A DNA stretch of 64,000 bases from a virus. The notes under the pieces were generated by a model, which saw only the letters and a list, made by a program, of their open reading frames with translations, was not told where the DNA came from and did no database searches. Each line of letters begins with the position of its first letter. The first letter of the stretch is position 1. Below, piece after piece: positions 1 through 8,900 of this stretch. The DNA lies in the IMG/VR virus record IMGVR_UViG_3300023199_000127, positions 64,001 through 128,000 of that record. The stretch is one strand, 5' to 3'. A program made the position numbers and the translations under genes.

Positions 1-2286
1 AGAATCGGCAAGGGCTTCTTCTGGGTCCGCGATCGACAGTATTACCTTTATGCCAGCAAGAGCACTTGCACGCTTGGTGACATCCAGGAAACTCTGTTCG
101 ATCTACCCATTAAGCTTCTGCCGAATTCCGTCACGGTGACGGTTCGCGGACAGTCGGCGCCGCTCACCTCCTGGGATCTCCATGGCAACACCCTAGTCAT
201 CAAGCACAAGGACCTTGGAGTAGAGAGCCTGAACGATGAGGCTCAGGTGACCGGTGACTACTACGAGTGGCAGGAGGCTAGCCACAAGTTCATCACCAAG
301 TCCATTACGGTTCGCTTCAAGTTCCGTGATGGCGAGAACCGCTGGGTCCTTCCCGAGGCTCCCAAGGATGCTGCCCCGATCGTTGTGACTGACGATACCA
401 TTGGTCGTATGGACCGTCGCACGATGCTGCACCAGCAGTATCGTGTGCAGGGATCAACTACTCCCGGAGAGCCTGCTGTGCTGGAGTTCCTCCACCACAA
501 CAAGCTGCTGAACCCGGACTTCCACTACGGCAGTGACACGGGAGCTGGTGACTGGGAGATCGGCGGTTCACCCATTGTCCAGCGGTTGAGCTACTACACG
601 GACGAAGATGATCAGAAGATCTACCCGTTGCGGGGCGGGAAGCTGTGCCATTTGGCGGCTGCTGCAGTGCCAACTGGCAACTACATCGGCCAGCAGGTGC
701 GCGTTGACTACCGTGAGCCTCACGTGTTTTCGGTATACGCAAAAGCACCTGAGAGTGATCCTGCATCTCTGCACCTCACCGTTGTGGAGTATGACGCCCT
801 GAACAGGGAAATCACTGGTGGCACCTACGAAGCTTCCGTGCCCACTGGTGATTGGCAGAGATTCGGATTGAATCTGTGGCGTACCCCCAGTACCCAGACC
901 AACCTGGGCGACGCTGATCTCGACTTCTTCTTCAGCGCCAATGCGCTGGAGCTCAATACTGGTACCGCTAGTGTGCTGCTGAAACTCTCATCTGACAGCG
1001 ATGGAGTCTTGGTTGACGCTGCTCAGCTGGAGGAGGGTTACCGTCCTACTCGATTCACCAATCTACCCCGCGGTAGCGATGGAACGGTGGAGTATGAGAC
1101 CAGTGATGCGCAGATGTACCAGGTAAACGATCTGCCAGTCACTCCTATCAGAAACCCGAACCATGCTGGGTTCCTGTACATTGGCGCTGTGCCGGCTCAG
1201 CAGCTGGATACTGGTGCGCCGGCCGATGCCACTACGCTGAGTGACTGGGCCTGGCCCCGAGGTCGCACTAACTACCTGCCTTGGGCCAAGCTCCACGGTG
1301 CCAATAAGATGCGCCGTGTTTCGGAGTGGGATCAGTACGATTCTCCCCAGCTGCCCAGAGAGATTTCTCCGGGCTTGCCTGTTCCTAATGCTGGCGACAT
1401 CAGCATGGATCCGGGTGAGGTTGTGGCTCGACAGGGTAACAGCGGCGAAGGCTTCGCTCTGGGTATCCTGGATGGGTACGGTAATCCGTTTGCCTTCGAG
1501 CGTGCACGTCTCGAGCTCTACTGCGACAACGGAGCCTTCCCCGGCTACCTACATATTCGCGAGTGGGGCCTCAGCACAAAGCTTGGACAGGACGTTACAA
1601 AGATCACTAACGAGAAGGGTGAGGTGGCGGCTCGGTGGATCCCGCCTGCATCGGAGGATGTCGAGTTTCGTGGCACTGCTCCGTCTGTGCAAGGCACGGT
1701 CAACACGGGTGAAAACCAGCCCCTCCCCTTCTCCTTTGTCGATGTCCGCTACCCGGTCAATGCCACCAACCATGGCAATGCATCAGTCCATCAGGATGAT
1801 GACACCCAGATCCTGCTGACGGGCGTTAGCTCGGCAGTCAGGATCATGCCTCGCAACCAGCAGGGCAAGTCGGTATATGAGCTGACTGGCCAGTATCCCA
1901 ACTACGGATCTGTCACTGTCCAGCTCGAGAGTATTACCGGCGGGCTCGGATACCCCCTGATCGAGACGCGTAATCCCATCGTTGCTGGTGGGGAATTCTA
2001 TGTGGACTATGAGCGTGGCCAGATTATGGTCGAGGGCACCACGCAGGCTCCTGCCCGCGTGGTCTTCACTCCTCGTACCACATGGAGAAACCCGGTATAC
2101 CCCCGTCGAATTTACTTCGACGCTCGCTATCTGGATACTCTCACCGGTGACTTGGTGGTCCGGTATGATGCTTTCGCGCGGCTGAAGGTGACTGCACAGG
2201 AGCCCACTGGTGTTACCCAGGGGGCGACTGCTGAGCGCGTATTCAGTACGCTGGTAGCACAGAATCCGAACAGGGGAGACTTCTAG
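1..2286 (+). CDS. Large virion structural protein (5'-partial), CBM-like domain
   Basis: Frame 1 reads RIGKGFFWVRDRQYY.. from base 1 and 136 is in the same frame, so the gene probably starts left of the window. FSVYAK...WQRF...VDAAQLEEG..PT is typical of carbohydrate-binding modules in phage tail proteins. Confidence 0.65.
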   Translation, partial: RIGKGFFWVRDRQYYLYASKSTCTLGDIQETLFDLPIKLLPNSVTVTVRGQSAPLTSWDLHGNTLVIKHKDLGVESLNDEAQVTGDYYEWQEASHKFITKSITVRFKFRDGENRWVLPEAPKDAAPIVVTDDTIGRMDRRTMLHQQYRVQGSTTPGEPAVLEFLHHNKLLNPDFHYGSDTGAGDWEIGGSPIVQRLSYYTDEDDQKIYPLRGGKLCHLAAAAVPTGNYIGQQVRVDYREPHVFSVYAKAPESDPASLHLTVVEYDALNREITGGTYEASVPTGDWQRFGLNLWRTPSTQTNLGDADLDFFFSANALELNTGTASVLLKLSSDSDGVLVDAAQLEEGYRPTRFTNLPRGSDGTVEYETSDAQMYQVNDLPVTPIRNPNHAGFLYIGAVPAQQLDTGAPADATTLSDWAWPRGRTNYLPWAKLHGANKMRRVSEWDQYDSPQLPREISPGLPVPNAGDISMDPGEVVARQGNSGEGFALGILDGYGNPFAFERARLELYCDNGAFPGYLHIREWGLSTKLGQDVTKITNEKGEVAARWIPPASEDVEFRGTAPSVQGTVNTGENQPLPFSFVDVRYPVNATNHGNASVHQDDDTQILLTGVSSAVRIMPRNQQGKSVYELTGQYPNYGSVTVQLESITGGLGYPLIETRNPIVAGGEFYVDYERGQIMVEGTTQAPARVVFTPRTTWRNPVYPRRIYFDARYLDTLTGDLVVRYDAFARLKVTAQEPTGVTQGATAERVFSTLVAQNPNRGDF

Positions 2287-4307
2287 TGGCAACGAGCAAA
2301 GTGACTCAGGTCCTGGCTCTGACCGATGAAAACGGCCAGAAGACCGGCAAGGTCGGTATCGAATTCGAGGTATCGAGCAGTGGTCTCTGGCGTTTCCTGA
2401 ACAACTCCCCTGCCATCTTTGTCGACCAGGCTGGTAATCGCGGCCGGATGACGCCGGCCGAGGATCACCCTCTCCACCTGCAGACTCCTGCCCTGGTCGC
2501 AACCAAGCGCAGCTTCTGGTACATCTGGGATGCCTTCAAGGATGGCATCAACATCGACCAGTTCGATGTGCTCACCTGGGGCTATCAGATCCCCATGGTC
2601 AACGTGCAACATGGACTTGCGGTTGGTAGATCTACCCCCACCAGGCATCCCTCGATCGCCAAGCTAGATGCTGATATCGGTGATGCCGATCTAGCAGAGA
2701 CTCCCTCCAAGCCCACCGTGGCACCCTCATTCTCCCAGGACCCCACCTGGGCGCCTGAGGCGGCCCAGGAGAGCCCCAAGTCTGGGACGACCGAGGATGC
2801 CTCTGGGCATACGATCGTCCGACCTGGAGCGCCTGGCGTGCCCAGAACAGCCCTTCCTACCCAGAGTAGCCCTGGTGAGCTGGCTCAGGAGCCCAATTAT
2901 GGGTTCCCGGAGAGCCCTATTAGCCAGCCTGGAGCTGATACTGAGGACTCTGATGGGGTTGTGACCGAGTCTGCTGAGACGCCTGCACTGGCTGAATTCC
3001 CGGTGCCGGTAGGGAGCCAGGAGGCTCCCGACCTCAAGAAGCTGCAACAAAAGCAGGGGATAGACGGAGTAGGCAATGAGCCTGATGAGCCGGTGAAGGT
3101 TGCTGGCCGCAAGGTGGATATCCCTAATCTGTCGTCCAGTACCGCTTCGCTGAAGCCCGTTCCTTTCCTGGACTATCAAGCAGGGACTGCAGGTGACTCA
3201 TATCACTCGAGTGCTGCCGTGGCCGGCGAGGCTGATGCATCTCTGACTGTCCTCATGGAGCCGCGTGTGATCCCGGTTGGTGAATATGCTGCAGTCTCCG
3301 TACTAGTAAAGAACAGACATCATGCTGGCATGCTCACCAACGTGGGTCTCTATCTCGAAGCTCGTACTTCTGACGGACAGAGGATTGTCATCGCCAATGG
3401 CTCCAAGGATATCACGCTTGGGCCTGGTGAAAGCGTATCGCAGGACTTCAGGTTCGAAGTCAGAGACTTGGCGATCGGCGATGCCATCGTGACTGGCGTC
3501 CTGTTTAGTGCAGGCGGAGCGCCCATGGCTAAGAAGACTATCGACTTCTTCATTGGGCCCTCGGACTACAGCGCACGCTCTATGGGTCGTTCAGCTCCTG
3601 AGCAATTTGTCAGAGACGAGAAGCTGCCTAGCGAAGTCGTGAGCATCATCAATGCGAGCGACGCTGGGTGTAACTGTATTTCCGCGGGAATGTATCGGTA
3701 TGGCCAGCCCTGGATTTATCAGTTCCAGGCTACGAAAACGAACATTGGCTTTGCCCTTCAGTTGAATGGTATGGCAGACGCAGCCAATGTACGTATGCGT
3801 ATGCGTGTGGGCCGTGGCACCAACTTTGATGACTATGTCGAAGTGACACAGCCGCTCCAGACCGGTTCTGTGGTGATCCATCCTGGCACCCAAGCCGGCG
3901 CCATCGGCCTCACAGAACTTCTTGGAACCTCCATTGCATCAGGCGATCAGCTCTGGGTGTCTGTGGAGCAGACTACCCCGCTCTATGATCCTAGCTATGT
4001 GTTCACCCTGCACGCCAATGGTGCCCAGCTCCTGTCCCAGACTTCTCTGTTGGATGTAGATGTGGATGGGAATCTGAGCGGAACGCTCAAGATTCCCTAC
4101 CTTGCTCAAGATGTAATCCTGGAAAACACCAGGACTCTTGAGGTGCTGCGGCTTCTGATGCCTGGTGGCCCCGCAGATATCCAGGAGAGAGCTTGGCCAA
4201 GTGGTAGTCTTCTCGCAGTGGTCGCGGGAGACCAGATCGCGGTTAGGCCTGGCGGGGTCTTCAACCGGTTCGCTGATGTCTACGAGACCTTGACGGTGCC
4301 TGCATAA
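2286..4307 (+). CDS. Putative virion protein with Pro/Ser/Thr/Glu-rich linker and Ig-like segment
   Basis: 673 aa; TAGTG overlap with the upstream gene; beta-sandwich-like VSVLVKN...ITLGPGESVSQDF. Confidence 0.55.
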   Translation: MATSKVTQVLALTDENGQKTGKVGIEFEVSSSGLWRFLNNSPAIFVDQAGNRGRMTPAEDHPLHLQTPALVATKRSFWYIWDAFKDGINIDQFDVLTWGYQIPMVNVQHGLAVGRSTPTRHPSIAKLDADIGDADLAETPSKPTVAPSFSQDPTWAPEAAQESPKSGTTEDASGHTIVRPGAPGVPRTALPTQSSPGELAQEPNYGFPESPISQPGADTEDSDGVVTESAETPALAEFPVPVGSQEAPDLKKLQQKQGIDGVGNEPDEPVKVAGRKVDIPNLSSSTASLKPVPFLDYQAGTAGDSYHSSAAVAGEADASLTVLMEPRVIPVGEYAAVSVLVKNRHHAGMLTNVGLYLEARTSDGQRIVIANGSKDITLGPGESVSQDFRFEVRDLAIGDAIVTGVLFSAGGAPMAKKTIDFFIGPSDYSARSMGRSAPEQFVRDEKLPSEVVSIINASDAGCNCISAGMYRYGQPWIYQFQATKTNIGFALQLNGMADAANVRMRMRVGRGTNFDDYVEVTQPLQTGSVVIHPGTQAGAIGLTELLGTSIASGDQLWVSVEQTTPLYDPSYVFTLHANGAQLLSQTSLLDVDVDGNLSGTLKIPYLAQDVILENTRTLEVLRLLMPGGPADIQERAWPSGSLLAVVAGDQIAVRPGGVFNRFADVYETLTVPA

Positions 4308-4918
4308 TGCCTAGCTTGAAAGACATCCTCGAGTCCGGCCTTCCCGTTGGAAGCCCCGAAGGTACTTCAACTTACCCGGATAGCATTCCTACCCCTGAAG
4401 ATGCTGGTGTTCTGCGTCCTCCCGGACTGGGACTGGGTCTCGGTAATGAAGACAACTACCTGTCTCCTGATGATGTGGCACTGCTGGGCAATGGACTAGT
4501 AGCCAGTCGGGCGGCAACCGCCCGTGTGGCTACGGCTATTTCCTCCGGGACTGCAATTGATGATCTCTTGCAGGACCTGACAGGGATCATTCCCATGGCT
4601 CCATTTGTTGTGCGCTTTGATACTGTGGGTGACGGCAATATCTTTGGCTCTGATGTTAAGCCTTCCGTGATCCATCATCAGGTGGGTGTCGCACGTCGCA
4701 ATGCTGATGGCCACGAGCTCGGTGGCCTACAGTTCATCATCCAGCGGTACATCGGTACCCCCGATAACGTAGCTACGTTCCGCGACTGGACCACTTACGG
4801 GAACCTTCCTGGTAACGTGGCCTGGAACTTCTATGCTCGTCAAGATATCGAATATGGATATCGGATCAAGTGGAAGGGTTCTACGGAATCCAACTGGTCC
4901 TCCTGGAGTGTGGTGTAA
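4307..4918 (+). CDS. Hypothetical virion-operon protein
   Basis: 203 aa; TAATG overlaps at both ends. Confidence 0.6.
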   Translation: MPSLKDILESGLPVGSPEGTSTYPDSIPTPEDAGVLRPPGLGLGLGNEDNYLSPDDVALLGNGLVASRAATARVATAISSGTAIDDLLQDLTGIIPMAPFVVRFDTVGDGNIFGSDVKPSVIHHQVGVARRNADGHELGGLQFIIQRYIGTPDNVATFRDWTTYGNLPGNVAWNFYARQDIEYGYRIKWKGSTESNWSSWSVV

Positions 4919-5712
4919 TGCCCTCTTCTATTGAGTTCGATAGCGTTTACGACTTTGCAGGCCTTAGAGTGCACTGCAATGCTGAGCGCCGGGCTCGGAA
5001 CGGCGCTACTGATGGTGCCGATGTCCTGAACGTCCTGAACAATGTAGATAGAGGTCCTGATTGGACAGACGCGAACACTCCTACATGGCATGACAATCAG
5101 CTGAATGGCGAGCCGATCTTTAGGTTTGGTTCAAATGAAGGATTCACTGAAGCACTGGGAGATGGCAATCGCCAAGAAGAGCTGCACCCTCTGGTAGATG
5201 ACTGGATCCAGTGGATGTATGAAGGCCCCATTCTGGTGATGACAGTGATGCGACAGACCGGGGACTTCTCCGTGCAGCGGAACTGGTTTGGTTTCGGGGC
5301 TAGTCTTGGTTCTGGCTGGAACCTGCAGACCAATACCTCCACCCAGTTTGTTGCTGAATGGAGTGATGGCTCTAGTGACTATACACAGGTTCTAACACCC
5401 ACCCCGGTACAGAATGACTGGTACATCTGCATGTGGTCATGGGATGGTGAGACGGACAGCCAATTCAGGATTGGGCTCAACTCCTTCTACGAAGATGCAG
5501 ATTTGGTGGACTTGAGCTCGCAAAACTTCTTGGCCGAGGGCGCTGGTGGATATCCCTACGGGCCGTGGCAATTTGGCCAAGCGTGGGCTAATAACATAGA
5601 TGCTGGTGAATGTGCTATGTGGGCTTTCTGGCGTGGTATTGAAGCTAATGAAAAGGCATGGGATGGCTTGCTGCGCTATGCTGGCACCAAGTACGACATC
5701 TCTCTTTCGTAA
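4918..5712 (+). CDS. ConA/LamG-like jelly-roll virion protein
   Basis: Start moved to the ATG overlapping the upstream TAA (MPSSIEF..). TPTWHDNQLNGEPIFRF, DWYICMWSWDG, FRIGLN, WQFG pattern. Confidence 0.6.
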   Translation: MPSSIEFDSVYDFAGLRVHCNAERRARNGATDGADVLNVLNNVDRGPDWTDANTPTWHDNQLNGEPIFRFGSNEGFTEALGDGNRQEELHPLVDDWIQWMYEGPILVMTVMRQTGDFSVQRNWFGFGASLGSGWNLQTNTSTQFVAEWSDGSSDYTQVLTPTPVQNDWYICMWSWDGETDSQFRIGLNSFYEDADLVDLSSQNFLAEGAGGYPYGPWQFGQAWANNIDAGECAMWAFWRGIEANEKAWDGLLRYAGTKYDISLS

Positions 5713-5969
5713 TGATTATCGTCCAATTCAATGAACTCTTCCCCGAGGGTCATCCGCTTAGCCTAGTGGAACTGCCGGATCTTCGTGGAAAGTATATGCC
5801 GTTTGACAACGAAGGAGATCTGGCGCCCACTAAGGGCGCCGGCGCACATGTTGGGGGCTTTACAGGTTGCCCAAAATGTGGAGAATGGGTACTGATTACC
5901 CTCGAGCAACGCCACGGGCAGCCTATCAAGTGCTCTTGTGGTGAGGAGTTCAGCCTGAATGACCTTTAA
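5712..5969 (+). CDS. Small zinc-ribbon protein (85 aa)
   Basis: TAATG-coupled ATG at 5712; CPKC...CSCG. Confidence 0.6.
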   Translation: MIIVQFNELFPEGHPLSLVELPDLRGKYMPFDNEGDLAPTKGAGAHVGGFTGCPKCGEWVLITLEQRHGQPIKCSCGEEFSLNDL

Positions 5970-8900
5970 GCCCCCGGACGGGAAAACGTCCATTGAGAAG
6001 ATTGAAGACAGCCAGGTTCAAGGCTTTGTCTTCAGCGATCGCACCAAGCAGGGTGTGCAGGGCGGCTCCGTGCGCCTCCTCCCGCAGCTGACTGGTAACT
6101 TCCAGGCGATCGGGGCTAAGTGGCCGGTGGTCGCAAGCTGGGATCAGCAGGAAGAGTTCCCGGCTGACATCCCCAACTCCGTTGAGACCCGATGGGACGC
6201 GAACCATGATCCCGAGTTCGCAGTCTTCTCCGGCTACCTGAAACTGAACCCTACTGGACAGGCACTATTCCTCGAGCAGTCTGGGACCGGTGTCAATGGC
6301 ACCAAGTTCTCTGACGTAAGCCCCATCATTGGATACACCCTGCAGTTCAGGGCACAGGTTCTGAATCACGCTACTGGTGATGCCGTGCAGGGCGCTATGC
6401 TCCTGTTTGATGACGGATCCAAGCACGATGTGCTTCGACTGCGCAGTGATGGTGTGTACCTGGAATCCAATGAAGCTCTTGGCGTCGTGACGGATATGAA
6501 ATCCTCACCCAAGGATGTACGTCTCACTGTTCGTGGTGACGACTTCTGGTTGTGGGTCGAGGGTAACGACGGTGTATATGCAGAGAATGGATTGACTCAG
6601 GACTCCGCCACAGGAGCCACGAAGAAGCTTCTTCTTGGCTCCACTGGCGATGTGACTGCTGATCTGCGGATGGACTATCTGTATCAGAAGCACGAGGCCA
6701 TCACAGATGTGCCCGATTCGCTCGATACCGGGTTCGGATTCTCTACGGATTTGCAGAGCACGCGACTCCCGGCCTTCTATCCCAAGAGGTATGTGGATAG
6801 ATTCAACAAGGTTTTGGTGGACACGTCACATGGCGAGAGTGAGATCCAGTTTGAGTCCCCCTACCTCTTCAGTGAAGACTTCGACTCCAAGACGGACAAC
6901 ATAGACCTGCTCGTTATCGAGCCCACTATCTGGAGCGATGTCGCCGGTCCGAGTACAGGCAGTGGTGGCCTGAACGTTGACTTCGACGGGAGCGATGGTG
7001 TGCTGTGGTCTTCCAACCAGTATGTGCGATTCATCGGACATGTTGGAGAGTTGCGCGAGGACCATTATTTCCAGATCACCTATGGACGTGTGCGTACTGG
7101 TGACGGAAGCTTTATCGACAATGGCACCGATCGGTTCGCGAATAACATCCTTATGAAGGATGATGGATCCAGTCGCTACTACTATAGGATCGACTGGCAG
7201 GATCTGACTTCCTTTGCTGGTATCTCTCTGTTTATCTACAAGATTGACAGGACTACCAGCACTGCTTCGCTGAAGGCTTCGCAGTCCTGGACGTCTGGTG
7301 CTGATATTACTACCTACCGTCCGGACGATGGGAAGAAGATTCGTGTAGAGATCCGTGGTCGCGTGATCTCTGTGTACCTGGATGTCTTGGATGGGAATGG
7401 GCTGGTGAAACAGCTCGAATGGGAAGACACCGAGACTAGCACACTGCCGCCCAGCGATGGTGACCCTGGTCTATGGCTGGGGCCCCGACTGACAGGTGGT
7501 GGACAGTCCACGATTCGTGACCTGGAAGTTGGTAACTTCGAAGGAGGCGGTAGTAGTACCGTCACTGGCACTACAAGACTGAAGATCGAGAAGTCCACTG
7601 ACGGAGGCCAGACGTGGGGTCTCGCCAAGAGCGTCAGCATCACCTCCATTCCCCGGCAGGAAGTGAGCCTTAGCGATATTGCTATTGATGGTCTGGCAAA
7701 GGATGCACTGCGTTTCACGGTTGAGCAGTCCAGCCCCGGTGGCCTTGCAGAGGCCATCCGGGTAGACCAGCTCACCGTTAAGACGGATTTCAAGGAACCC
7801 TCCCTCGATGTCTTCCCGTGCTGGGGACCGAAGGTGGGAGGTACCAATGTGGCCCTCACGATCAAGGAAGGCGCCAAGGCACTATGTGCTACGCCTCCCA
7901 CAGAAAGTGATCACACCAAGATGTACACCGAGGACAGCACCGATACTGGTGTCGCCTCGATTTATGGTTCCAGTATGGCTGCCCCTCCTTACGGCAACGT
8001 GTACGGTTCGCCAACAGTTATTGGGGCACCTTCTCTTGGCCTCAGTACTGTAGAGGTGCCCATCGCAGACGAGGCTGGATATAGCAGCAAGTCTGCTCAG
8101 GAAGTCTGGGGCAACTCCGGTGATGGTGTCACCTATACCCTGAGTCCTCCGGGCTCTGGTAACCAGCTGTTGCGTGGGTACCTGGAGGTACTGAAGGGTG
8201 CTGCGTATCTGCAGGCCAACACTGGCCAGCAGCATGTGTTCCGCAACGACACCTACCAAGACACCCGACGAGTTGGCCTGGTGTTCTCTGGTGGCTCACT
8301 CGAGCTCATTGCTGCAGCATTCGAAGCTGACTCGCACTTCCGTCTGCACCTCGAGAACATGGCTGAGCTTACGCTCACCGGCACCTCTACTGGTGCCGCT
8401 GATGCACACCGTAGCCTGGAGACCTGGACCATTGTCGACGGTCTCAATACGGAGGGAGATACCTTGCTCTTGTCCACCAAGAGCACTGGTGAAGGACTTC
8501 AGCTGGGTCTAAATGCCGATGGTAGGCCGTTCATTCGCGTCTCGGATGGCACCACGGAAGAGGCACTGACTGGTGAGTTCCCTCTGACTATGGGGGATCT
8601 ACACCATGTGGCCGGCGGCATCGTGCAGTATCCTGATAGAGACGCACTAGAAATTTTGCTGAATGGAGAGATCTGTGGCCAAAAAGAATCCCAAGTCCAA
8701 TTCGCAGCGTACGGCGACGGGGAACAAGTCCAAGTCGCGCAAGGGGCCGACCCCGGATCAGCTGATTCCGCGGGAGCGGTCCGACTTGCGGAAGGACGGA
8801 CCCGGGCACAAGCTCCCGACTCGGAACGAAGGGTAGTCGAGCTTGGTATTGCTGACCCGTTCTTCGGGTTGGATACCAACTGGCCCCTACGCGATAGCAC

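Noticed and set aside
61-120. Apparent frameshift in the first ORF
   Set aside because: This printed line appears one base short, but the coordinates keep base 1 and base 136 in frame; treated as a display artefact.
5135-5197. Second possible nested +1 ORF (MKDSLKHWEMAIAKKSCTLW)
   Set aside because: Only 20 aa with a weak SD; the A-ending codon cluster is too short to distinguish from chance.
8499-8900. 133-aa antisense ORF, inversion or DGR variable region as the cause of the codon anomaly
   Set aside because: The antisense product is typical shadow sequence; the host frame still encodes LamG strands; no template repeat or reverse transcriptase is in the window.
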